DNA of 63,647 nt, filler included, from Intoshia linei (Eukaryota; Animalia; Orthonectida): assembly GCA_001642005.1 (NCBI GenBank). It is 6 parts of 6 records of this genome, joined end to end, with 100 filler letters (N's around TTAATTAATTAA, not from the genome) between each part and the next. Parts side by side here need not be neighbours in the genome. Positions count along the whole stretch, not along the records: positions 1 to 26,741 come from LWCA01000462.1; 5 more parts are not named here. One strand, given 5' to 3'. Both the position numbers and the translations under genes were made by a program. The notes under the pieces were generated by a model. The model was given only the letters and a program-made list of their open reading frames with translations, did no database searches and had not been told where the DNA came from. Positions 1 to 12,464 of this stretch are shown piece after piece. Each line of letters starts with the position of its first letter. The first letter of the stretch is position 1.

Positions 1-24
1 TATAATATAATAATATTATTTTGT

Positions 25-2172
25 TACCTGAATAAAATTTGCAAACGAATATTCCTACAGGCAAATTTTCCATCAAAATAAATTTCCCTAGGTCGTTATA
101 TATCGTAATACGTGGCCATTTTGAACGAATCAAATCAACAATTCTGAATAATTATATTTTAATGTAAATTAATATTACTTGTAGCAGTATGTATATTTTT
201 TCCAGTATAATTTTGGTAAATTTGTTAGATGGTATGTTTCAACTAAACTGTTATTAATTGAACGTGGGTTATATTCATCCACGACATGAGAGTAAATGCT
301 TATTAATGAGCCACATTTTGATATTATCATAAAATTTGGAATTTTTTTGCGATTTTTTAAAAACTCGACCAATAAATGTGAATCTGGTATCAATTTTATC
401 TAAAAAGTCTGTAATTATATAAGGAATATCTTACTCTAGCACTGTTAGTTTTTTTATCAAATTTATACATTCCGTCAATATTCAAAGGTTTTGTTGGTTT
501 GTTAAATGTACAATTTGAATAATAGGAATTTGTATTGTTTACATTTTTGTAACTCGTTGATTCATTGAAAGATGGTAGTGTTAAATCTACAGGCATCGTG
601 GAAACACCGTGAATTACCGATCCAATCCTTACTGGTGGCAATATGTCGACCCTCATATTAAAATCATTGGACAGTTGATAATTGTCATCAGTACTGTAGT
701 ACCTTTTTGAGAAAGAATTGTTTTGAAAATTAAGGTTTGCGTTTTGTAAGGAAGATGTGCTGCTATGTTGATGAGACATACACTTACTACCTGTACTACG
801 ATTTTCATGCTTGGAGCTATGTGAGGATGGTATAAAATTTCCAATATTTGAACTACTAACATTAATGTTTGAGTGTTTGTTAGAATTGGTATTATTGTTT
901 TTAAATGAACTAAAAGAGACATTTATAAATAGAATATTAAATTACTTTTCAAAAATGATCGGAGATTCTTCAGTTTTATACAATCCAGTATTCACATCTG
1001 CACCGTTTGACGATCCATTAATTGTATACCTACCGCTATCCATCGATCCATTAAATTGTTTCTATATTTAACATGTATAATGTATAATGAACATTACCAC
1101 ATTCATTTTGTGCAAGTTTTGAGTTAAAAATGGATGTTTCAATATATCTAAATATCAATAATTAGTTCAAGTACAAGTTTACCATTAAGTAGGATTCTGT
1201 CATCTGGATCTGTTTTAAGTAAAGATGCTATAAGAGATTGTGCATGGTACGATATATAATTGGGCATAGTGAATTTCCCGAGGATAACCTTTTTTAAAGT
1301 TACACGCACATCTTTCATGTCGAAGGGTGGACACCCCGTCAGCATGGTGTATAACATTATACCGAGTGACCATACATCGGATTCTAAACCGTGTGCATTT
1401 TTAGAGGCGACTTCTCTACAAAAAAAATATTAAAAATTAAATAATTAACTACGGTGAAATGTAATTGGGAGTACCACAAATGGTAAACTTTTTACTGTTC
1501 GACTCATCTAACAATGTGGCTAATCCAAAATCAGCTATTTTCTAAAATTATGATTACTTAGTCATAATATCAATTACAATATTCTTGTCTTTAGTCATTA
1601 ATAGATTTGATAATGACAAATCTCTATGTAACACTTTATGAGTGTGAAGGTACATTACACCTTGTAAAATTTGTTCAAAGAATTTTGCAGCTATTAAATA
1701 ATATAAAATGTTTAACCAGGTATACTACCTTCCATTTCTGATAATTTACCATCTGGTAATTGTCGCAAATAATGTAAAAATTCCCCTATGGAACAATATT
1801 CCAATATTAAGTAAACGTAATTAGTATCTTGAAACACGTCATAACACTAAACATTTTATTATATACTTTAATGTAATTAATACCTCGCAAATAGATGGGT
1901 GTTTTAATCTACAATGGATTCCAACTTCTTCTTTCACTCGTTTCATCATATTATTCATTCTCATTTTCTTAATATCAATCTAAATTTAAGTTAAAATGTA
2001 AGTGAAACAACAAAACCATTTTAATGGCTACGTTAACATTAGTTATTTTGTTTTTTGCCAGATAAACATTGGCGAATCCACCATAACCCAACAGATTCTT
2101 GGTCTCAAAATCCTAAAAAATATAATTAGAGTTAATATTACAAGATCAAACTTCTATAGATGATGGAGCCAT
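25..2172 (-). CDS. PLK4: Polo-like kinase 4 (SAK), multi-exon; 3' end continues off the window start
   Basis: Spliced translation [27 protein letters not shown]...[36 protein letters not shown] (kinase domain). C-terminal [30 protein letters not shown] matches the PLK4 cryptic polo box. ATG at 2172. Confidence 0.93.
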
Positions 2173-2414
2173 CAAATTAAAATGAAAATAATATTTTTTC
2201 GTTTAAAATATGGTAAAATTTAGATGCATATATAGCATTTGAGACAGTCTCGATGTATTTCTAAAATTCTATTATTATGTTAGGTTTTTGTCTACATCTC
2301 ATTCATGATATTCATTTTTATCATTGACGATAGTAAATTTTGCTATGTTGATTTTCAATGTATGCTGTTCTGGAGTTGTCCCAACAATTTATTCACACAT
2401 ATCAACGTATAATA

Positions 2415-2481
2415 TTGGCGCCAAGTTGAAATATTATGAAATTGTCAACTTTATTTTGTTACTATACATTTGAAATTCAAA
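2415..2481. promoter_or_regulatory. Candidate E2F site (TTGGCGCCAA) and CHR-like palindrome (TTTGAA-A-TTCAAA) upstream of PLK4
   Basis: Perfect palindrome ttggcgccaa at 2415-2424 and tttgaaattcaaa at 2469-2481, 245-310 bp upstream of the PLK4 ATG. Motif match only. Confidence 0.35.
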
Positions 2482-3852
2482 TTTTTAATTGATATTTTCT
2501 CAAATTCATTACGATCAATTAATGACAACTGATTGATTACGAGCACTACCGGCTTATTACTGAATAATAAACAAAACGTAATTGCGTTGATATATTCTTA
2601 AAATAGACGAAATTAAAAATTTTTTTATTGTTAAGTGTTCATGTCTAAAATTCGAATTGTATCCATTAATTAATAATTTATCAATATATTCAGAGAGGAA
2701 CCTACCAGGCTCGTGTTAACCTAAAAATGAAAAATTTAAACTAATTTAATCTACAATTTCTATCAACATTTAATATTATTAACTATCATATAAACCTACT
2801 GACATTTTAATATTAAATAGTTATGATATTCAAGAATATAATTTTGTTAAATGATCAGTTTGGAAAAATGACGTCCCCTAATTTCGTCTCTGAATGGATT
2901 AATTGATTTTTTGAACTAATTAAGTGTTACACTTATTATTTAACTAACATTAATTTAAATTAAAAATCAATATATATTATGGTTACATGCATTTTTGGAA
3001 AAATAAAAGAGTATAATATGACACGAAATGAGATGTAAGAATTTACGGATTAACAATTAATTATTAATTGGCAATTAAATACAAAATAATAATATAGGTA
3101 TAACCGAATTTATTAGCAAACTTACTGCATTTTCTCAATATTTATTTTATGTTCATACTAAACTTGGAAAGTTTTTACGTTTTCTTACAAGTTAACTGTA
3201 ATCTATTGAATGTAGAACTACAGTAGATACCGTTGAAAATATTGATACTTTAGTTTAAATTATGCATTTTCATAAATAAATTATAATACAAAAAAATAAA
3301 ATATAATCATTTTTTAAATCCTGCACTAATTTGTGGGATTTGTTTTCTTATACAATTTATATACGTTGATTTATAAAGTTTCAAGTATAATTTCAATAAA
3401 TTTGAATTAAAACTTTTTAACCAATTACTTGGTTAATTGATTGGAAATATTTTAAATTTCAATTAATTGATTGGTAACAATGAATTAATTCCAATCCCTG
3501 ATTTTAATATATCCACGTTTGTTATATATTTTGCTTAGATATTTAATGTTAAGTGGTTCAGGTAAAATATATCCGAACCTCTTGGAAAAAATTGATGTAT
3601 GACTAATATTTATTGTAGCGTATAATGTATTCTCAAGAGTATAGTACAATACATATCTACAATACTATATATTACGATAAAATTTGCATATTGACAACAA
3701 ATAATTAAACGAAATTAGTGTAATACATCAATTAATTTTTAAATGAAGTCGTCAGCTGTCATGTAATATTTGATTTATGAATGTTATAAATATGATTTTT
3801 TATATTCGGTTCATACGCAAGATTTTGTAATTACTGTAAGAATTATTTGACA

Positions 3853-5386
3853 ATGAGTTTGTTTAGGTTTTGTATATTTTTTTTATTCACAATGGACGTA
3901 TCTACATCTAATGAAAAATTAATCAAGGAATACATTCTTAGGAATTATGATTCTTCGATAAGACCAGTCAAGAATATATCACAAACAATGGACATTAAAG
4001 TTGCTATGTCTCTTTATCATATTTTGGACACTGTAAGATTTCTGATTACCGTTAATAAATGATTTAGAATGAAAAGGAACAAACTTACACAACCTTACTG
4101 GCGATTCGAATGGTAAAATTATATTAAAAAATACTTCGATTTTCGTTTTAGAAATGGTTTGATGAATATTTTGTTTGGAACAATACAGAATATAAAAACA
4201 TCAAAGAAATCAATATACCCCAAAAATTTGCTTGGAAACCCGATATAGTTGTATCAAATTTGTAATTATGTTACTGTATTATTTTAATTATATTTACAGT
4301 GCGGGTGGCAATTTTGGTCAAAGTTATGAAACCACTTTAATAATAAATTCTAATGGGTGGGTTTTATGGATGTACCCAATCAAAGTTAAAACATACTGCA
4401 CCTATGATGTTTACCGCTTTCCTTTTGATTTACAAAGTTGCAATATAACACTGATATCTTGGACTCACAACGGCTATCAACTTAACTTGTCGTATTCCGA
4501 AGAATTTCCAAACAGCAGTAATGTAGATTAAATTGTATATATCTTTTAGTATACTATCGAAATGAGTACAATGAATGGGCCGTAACATCAATAAAAACAA
4601 CCAGAAACGTTTTGTATTACGCATGTTGCAAGGAACCTTATCCAGATGTAACCTTTACAATAGAAATGAAACGTGGCTCCATGTTTTATATATTTTATTT
4701 CATTATGCCTTGTTTATTATTTTATTTCATTACAATATTTGGATTTTTTGTTCCAGCAAACTCAGGAGAAAAAATAACTATTGAAATAACTGTATTCTTG
4801 TCAATAGTGATATTATTATTGATGGTATCGGAAGAAATGCCTCCAGTATCGGAGTATATACCTGTTTTAGGTAATATATTATTAATATGTATAATTTACA
4901 TTGTATATAGGTATGCTTTTTGGAGCTACTATGGCATTATCGGCCCTGGCCGTATTTATGAGTGTAGTAACCTCAATGTTGTACGGCTTACATGTTAGCA
5001 CCTATGAACCACCAATTTGGCTATATGATTATTCAATAATTGTTTATCTAATATGGAACTCGTGGTATTCTCGTAGAAAATTGAAGGATTTAAAAGCTTC
5101 CTTTAAATTTAAAGAAAACAGAATTGATGGTGATTCTACAATTACTAGATTAAATAGTTGCATATCAGATAGACTTACAACTCAAAGAAAAGTATCAGAA
5201 CATATTCATGAAGAAACGAAAGATAATTTATCGGAAAGATTTTATGATCGCACAATATTTCATTCATTTACTTTATCCCGAAAGTGGATTTTAATAAGTT
5301 CTTCTGTTAATTGGACATTGTTTTGTATTTTTGTTGTATTTAGTGTACTTGTATACGTTATTATCACGTCTTTGTGGTTTATTTAG
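3853..5386 (+). CDS. Nicotinic acetylcholine receptor alpha-type subunit (Cys-loop cation channel), 6 exons
   Basis: Signal peptide, YDSSIRPV, WKPDIV, Cys-loop CTYDVYRFPFDLQSC, loop B SWTH, vicinal cysteines YACCKEPYPD, M1, GEK before M2, M3 and M4. Confidence 0.95.
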
Positions 5387-5997
5387 TCAATAAAAATTAT
5401 ATTGTAATTTATAAAATACATTAGCAAAATTATCATTTTTTAAAAATATTTGTTGGGTGTTTAAAAATTTTTTACAATAACAAAAAAAGTTAATATAATA
5501 TGTAAAAAAATAAAATTTGTTCATTGAAGATGAGTGATCTAAAAGCACGAAAAAATTTTTTTCTGTATTAGGGACATTAAATATTTATAAATTTGAAATT
5601 TTAGTGTTTCTCTCAATCTCTAGAGAAAATTAAATCTAAAAGCTTACTGCGTTGAAACTAGAATTTACACTTTAGATGCGCTGTTAGATAGTTTTGTATC
5701 TATCGAAAAGTATAAATGCATATAAAGTATTATTAAATTTGAGTGCGAAAAGACTTAAATATAAAATACTGTAAAATTTCTAATGTAGTTGAAATCGAGC
5801 TGAAACATTGAGAATTATTGAACAGAATTAGGTAAACCCAATTCTAAGAGGTACCTCTAACAAAACGATTTTGTAGTAAAATCTTTAATAACGATAATAT
5901 TTATTCCAATAAGACATTTTTTATTAATTTTCAATGCACTTTTATGGTAGAATTTATTGATAGGTATGTATAAAGAATAAACTCTTTTAACGAGGTA

Positions 5998-6698
5998 TTA
6001 AACTTGTTGGCCTTTTTGAACTGGTAGGTAGAGTTTAAATTCTGGAGGCAGTTCCTCTTCGGAATATAAACGATCAGAAAAGTAAACTCTACGTATTCTG
6101 CAATTTGCATGGATCTAAAATACAATAAACATGTACAAAAAAGTAAAAATTTACAAATCTAAATAGACATAACGTTTACAATAAAACAACTTCTTACCTG
6201 CACTTTTAACGTTTCGATATAGTTGGTTCCATAAGCACGTCGCGTAAAGTCCGAAAGATTAAATTGGATTTGGTTCCAACCATCATCAAGTCTCATGGGC
6301 ATAGTGCAAATGAAAGGTTTAACTCGTGTTGTGCTTTGATAATTACTAGCTCGAAATCTTCTGCGTACGTTTTTATCATCAACTACTTGCACTTCAAAAG
6401 TAAAATACTTTTTCATGTTTTTGATAATCATTACCAAAAATGGTAATTTGATGCCGAGTGTTTTTTTTGGGTCGTTAGGGCAAGTTATGTATGTGGTACT
6501 AACGTTGGATCCCACAATCTCCAAAACCAGAGACTGTATATCGTTGTCAGTTATGCGTTTTATGTGACCATTTCGAACCTGCATTAAATTGTAAAATTTT
6601 CTTAAATTTAAAACCTTTTTTTCCCATATTTGCAGTGGCTTGTTTCCTATACTGTACAAAATCGACAAGAATCCCGACTGAAATGTGTTTTTAAACAT
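5998..6698 (-). CDS. CFAP20: Cilia- and flagella-associated protein 20 (BUG22), 3 exons
   Basis: [18 protein letters not shown]...[11 protein letters not shown]...[22 protein letters not shown]; last exon [33 protein letters not shown]. 36-nt intron at 6579-6614. Confidence 0.98.
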
Positions 6699-7004
6699 TA
6701 ACGGAGTAGAATCAAATAAATCAGACCCTAAAACAATTTTTGTTGTCCAAATTGAATTTAAATTGGGGATTTAAGTAACAGTGTTTACTATAAACAAACT
6801 CTATGGAAATTTCAATTATTTCTATTTATTTTCATGTTGTCAACCTATACCTATTAGAAACGGCTAACATACGAAACGTCTAGCTTTTAAACAAAGCGAT
6901 AAATTACAATGTTCCGTTTGGAATTTAAGATTACGCAAAAAGGCATTAAAATTTTAATTTGATACAACAGTAGTAAATTGCATATGCATGTGTAACCTTT
7001 TTAA

Positions 7005-9897
7005 TCATGTGACAGTTTCTTTGTCTTTGTCAGAAGTCAACTCTAGGTATAAATTATTTCGTCAAAAATTACATACCTTTTATAAAATCAGACATGGAGG
7101 GAGGCATCATATTTAGGATGTTTTTAATGTCTTCATCTTTACTATCTAGTTCAAAATCCATGCCTTTTGCCAAACCCATTTGTCGCAATATTTCTACATC
7201 ATCGTGCACTTGGAAGTTTTGGTTGAATTTGAAAATATATTCTGTTCTGTAAAATAGATGTAAATGAAGTATATAACCTAAAATGTTACTTGTCGTTAGA
7301 AATACTACAGTCGATTATTGTAGACTTTTCTGTGCTAAGGCATATAAATGGCAATTTTACTGTTGTGCTTTGAAGTGGTGGCCCATTTTTAGATTCTTCA
7401 TCAGCATTCCGTTTAATTAAATTTTTTAATGCAACATGCTAAATAAATTTATAAATTACAATTTTAATTTAATTTTAAATGCGGCTTAAGTGATAAACAT
7501 TTTCAATAATATCGGGTGGATAGACCAGGGACGAATGGAAATTGTACGTCCATACATATTTTTTTTTTAAAAATTGAAAATCTATACATTGCTTAATGGG
7601 TCGTTCATTATCTAAAAATTAAAAATAATCGTTGGAAATCGCATTGCTTATCGATTATTTTTTATTTATTATTTTCCAACATTACCTATTAACACTATGC
7701 GTGTGGTAACATTTGAAATTTGTTAGCATTTCTATATTTTCCAACTACTACATATGAAGTATATAGCACGCAGTGTTAATAAATTAAAAAGTAGGCTCAT
7801 CGTGATTGTAGGTCCGGTCCATATGACCCTATCCACTCTCCAGGGTCCTGGTAAGGTACAATACGGTAAATTGATAATTTAAGAGTTTTAACATTTTTTT
7901 AGAATATAGGTTTTGAAAATGTATATTAAAATACACATAATTAAAATTTTTTATGTAGAGAACCTTCCAATATAATCCTATACAAAATTTAGTTAAAATA
8001 ATTCCATAAACACCTTCAAAAATTTGAAGTTAAATCTAATACTATACAAGTGGTTATAAATCAAGAATTAAAGAGAAAAATTTTATTTATAAATAAAGTA
8101 ATTTATTCTCACTTAGCTGTAATATGAGTTACTATTTCGGGTAGACACTATGCGACTTTTGTAAAACAAAAAAAAAGTACATTAGTGTTAAAATTAAAAG
8201 GGTGTGCTTTATTTCCACTACCTTATTACATAACTTTTGCCTTTCATTGTCATACATATCAAAATGTTTTAAGTAACTACACCACGTTTATTATTTCTAA
8301 TTAACCACTATTCCAAAAAATATTTTATGTGGTATTTATTGACTGCAGGACAATATTCCCCTATTTTCAATACTATCTGAAAAATAATTATGAAATATAT
8401 ATATGTAAATATTATTTTATAGGTTTGCTGGTAATCATATTTATAAAAATGTACTTGTATAATGAGTTCTCGTAACTTGCTTCGTCTACTAAGAATTCTT
8501 TCATATCTAACTCTACATTCATTTTCTAGGCTAGCACACTCCTGTAAAGATGTAGTTGGAAGTCCGACCCATTTGATTTCTTTTTTTTCCTAAAATCGAT
8601 TAAAAATATTATATAATAAATAAATATTACTTTGGTTATAATATTCATAGCCATAAGAACATTTAATGCATCGTACACCCGTCTACGAATATTTTTATAT
8701 TCGCATCCAGGATCCGGGCTAAACCCAGCAAATTCATTCAGTTCAGAAATTAATTCATCTGCAACTTCGTTGTATGTAGTTGTGCCTTTTTGTTGGACCT
8801 TTTCGCATACTTTTCTAGAGAAATGTCTTAAACCTTTACAAATCTTTTCGGACCCATGAAATTTTTTCCTAAAAAAGATAAATTAAATTTTTTACAAATT
8901 ACGAATCGTTGGTCTTTAGTTTAGGACACGATAAATGTCCATTTGACAAATATTTTTTCATAATAGTTGGTTTTTGACTGTTATGTGTAATTTTTGGTTC
9001 ATCAAAACTTAATTTTGTTTTTTTAAATGGTGCATGGGAAGCAATATTTCCCATTGATATTCCAGGATAAGTTTGTGGTGAGGAATTGCTGAAAACTTTT
9101 ATATTTTTCATCTTTACATTGTTCGTTATATCTGTGTTAATATTATAATTATTTGTACGAAATTCTTTGATTATGGGGGTAGTTATAGGTATTATGCCAT
9201 TATTTATAGTATTCATATGTTTGGTAATAATTTGTATTTTATGGTTTGAATTCGAAAATCCATCATTGCGTATACTTTCATTCTGCATAGTATTTAGACT
9301 GGTTGAAACTTGACAATTTTGATAAGGCTGTTAAAATTAAAATTCATTATACAGTAAAACCTCACTTAACGAACTCCCACATCAACGAACAAATTAAAAT
9401 ATATAAAACTAAATAGAAAAATGGCCAAAAATTAATTTCATAAATGTAAATTAGACTCTCGCTTAACGAACAAAAACTTAGAATGAATTGGTTCGTTAAA
9501 GTGAGGTATTACTGTATATAAAAATTAAAATTACTATAGATTGAACATTATTAGATCTTCCAATTGTGATTACCTTGATGGGACCTTAATAATTTAATGG
9601 ATATTTTTATTTAATTTAAAAACCTTTCATACTCTGTTTAGTAACAATTTTTGTCATGAGCTTGTTACCTATTTCCTGTATATTTGCTCCTTTCGTTTTA
9701 TTCTATAACAATATAGAAAATTTAAAAATATATAACTTCTATCGACGGTTTGATAGGTTTATCTTCCGTAGTTATTGCATTATCCTCTTTTAAATGAATT
9801 ATTCTTTGAATCGGTTTTATTTCATTTAAATCTAAATTTCGAAATGTTTCAAATTCAAATTAATTTAGTTTATAATACCATTTTCTATACTACTCAT
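7005..9897 (-). CDS. TFDP1: E2F dimerization partner (DP) transcription factor, multi-exon
   Basis: [29 protein letters not shown]...[33 protein letters not shown] (DEF box) and DP domain [10 protein letters not shown]...LPFI...[16 protein letters not shown]. Start codon is approximate. Confidence 0.93.
9352..9514. mobile_element. Tc1/mariner (pogo/Tigger-like) MITE in a TFDP intron
   Basis: TIRs cagtaaaacctcacttaacgaac / gttcgttaaagtgaggtattactg flanked by TA on both sides. A related end occurs at ~27720-27743. Confidence 0.8.
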
Positions 9898-10934
9898 TGA
9901 GTAAAATGTAATTCACAGTAAAATTAAAATATATGTTTAAATTCACTAAATTCTCATTAAATTAGTGATACGTATATTTCATTTATTTTAAACTCGTTGC
10001 AAAACAAAAACGCGCGTAGCTTCCCGATAAGATATAAATAAAGTTATTTGTTTACGTTGCTATTTTTCTAATGATACAATTATTTTTTTATGAATTTAGC
10101 CTAAATTTAACATTTTTATTAGAATTTTTATCATTAATATTTTTAGAGATATTTGATTAATTAACATTTTATTTATATCTATGAAACACGCAGAACCGAA
10201 CTTACCATGGTCGAAGCCCCACGTAAATTAAATTTTAAGGTTTTTGTAGACAAAAATATTAAATTGATAAGTTACAACAACGTATTTGACGGCCGACATT
10301 CCCTTTACTTAAATTAAAAAATGGTGCACTAAAGAATATCTTTTAGTAGATATCGGTTATTGTCTTTTTTCACCGAATTTATTAACCCTTGATTTCATGA
10401 ATGTAAGAGTGTCAATCGTACGTTGTTATAGAAAAAATTGCATAAAATCAATTTTTTAAGTAAATAGAAAATTTCCCAATTATATGGCATAATGCAATGT
10501 AAGAAAAAAATTCAGGCCCTTTTTTGATATTAGGTGCCTCCAGCATGGTAGATTATGTTTGGACTACCATTTCTGTGCGCATCATCGGTAATAATTTTAT
10601 GTCTCACTATTTTTCGGCAGACAGTTTACTTACATATAATGTTAAATACTCTGTATAAATGGCATCTTTTACACAAAAAAGAAATTGTCGACTTTAATCT
10701 GACGAAATTGTAGTTTCATACATAAAATATACGATATACTTTGTGATTTTTGAATAATTGGCTATATACTTATAATAAGGTCACTGGTATGATAATACTA
10801 TGATACGGTCTAATTATTCAACATTATTATTTAAATGTTAAAGAATTGAGTCTATCCATAACATTTACGGTATTATAAAGTATTACGTTACCAAAACAAA
10901 ACTAGTTATTAGTTAATATAAGTCTGACGTTTAA

Positions 10935-12396
10935 ATGAGCGTATTTCTAATAGACAAAAATTTTCAAAAACCCTATAATCGAAAAACAAAAAATAATGTA
11001 TTTGAAATTGATAAAATATTACTCCAATTGGACTTTGGTATGGTGGCAAAGATTATATGTTCCTTTCCGGCTGTCGCTTTAATCACGTGTATGATTTTAA
11101 GTATATATTTTAATTCAAAGGAAACCTTCAGTAATGACTGCAGTGGGGTAAGTTTGTGATTTAGACCTTTTTAATATTAAATGTAGTTGGCAAAAAACTT
11201 TATACCAACTATAAGTGGAGCTATAGGCGTTGCACCTCAAAGTTATATTTGGAAAATAGCCATTGCTATGCATTCTGGAGTTAGATTTTTAATTATACCT
11301 CTTGTATATAGACTCCCAAAACATTACACTAATGTAAAAACCAATCCAATAATTATATATATGATAAATATTTCTGTTGTATGCTACTTTATCGAAAACT
11401 TTACCTTGGTTTGTGTCAGTATTATTGGAAATAAAGACAATTTTTGTAACATCATTATGTTAAAAATTATCATTACTAAATATATAATAATTAATTAAAT
11501 AAGATTATCATTTTTTTAGACTTGCACGAAAAACTGTTTATTACATTTATTGTCAATTCTTTATTTTATCAATTATTAACCATTATTATTTATAAGAATA
11601 TACAAGAAAGACAAAATAAAGTAAGTGTTATATGTTGTAGGTTATTAATATTATTGTTTCATATTTATTAATATGTAGTGGTTCCAAAATGTGTTAGGAT
11701 GATCAATATAATAGATCCATTTATAATTATAGATATTTTACAAACTTGTGATGGTAAACACACATTTATGCATAAAAATCACTGAATTACGGTATGCGAC
11801 GATTTGGTGTACTTCATTTTTTTCTATCGACGCATAATGTAGCCACTGATGTATACTCTGTTAAATTTTTTTTAATTTAGAGTTTTCCATCGTATTCTCT
11901 TAGAATTCAACTTTTTATTGTTAATTTGATTCTTGTTGTATTCATTGCCTTTTTTATGACTATCCATAGAAGATATTGCGCTCATTACGGTATATCAATT
12001 GCATAATAAGTCCCTTAATTAAATTTATTTTATAAAGTTAAAAATGTTTTATTATACAATTTATTGAAAAAAATTTTGTGGATCTGCCATATTTTTATCT
12101 TTTTGTAGTGACCCCTAAAAAAATCCCTGATATATTGTTAGAAAAGCTTTTAAATAAAAAGTTATGAGTCTATTCCTATTTTTCAGACGGTTCCAATCCC
12201 GTCACGATTAAAATTGACATTTTTTTTAACAATCACTTGGTTCTCTATATATTAATTTGAATATTTAGCACTATCTTTTTTTTCTCTCTGTGAATGCTTT
12301 TTATGTTTCAGCATAATTGGATACCATTACCTAATATGCTATGACATTCAGAAATACGATATTATGATTGGACACCCAAAAAGAAAAATTATTTAA
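10935..12396 (+). CDS. PGAP2: Post-GPI attachment to proteins factor 2 (FRAG1/DRAM/Sfk1 family), multi-exon
   Basis: C..NFIPTISGAIGVAPQSYIWKIAIAMHSGVRF, LHEKLFITF, HRRYC, FFSLCE...YH; several TM segments. Confidence 0.85.
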
Positions 12397-12464
12397 AATG
12401 AAGATTGTCTAATGAAGTGTCAATAAATTTAATCAATAAATGAATGTACAATATATAAAAGTAG

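Noticed and set aside
811-1071. Antisense and alternative-frame short ORFs from the ORF track (e.g. 811-1071, 8632-8859, 15472-15807, 57474-57764)
   Set aside because: Shadows of real genes on the opposite strand or in another frame; no independent coding signal.
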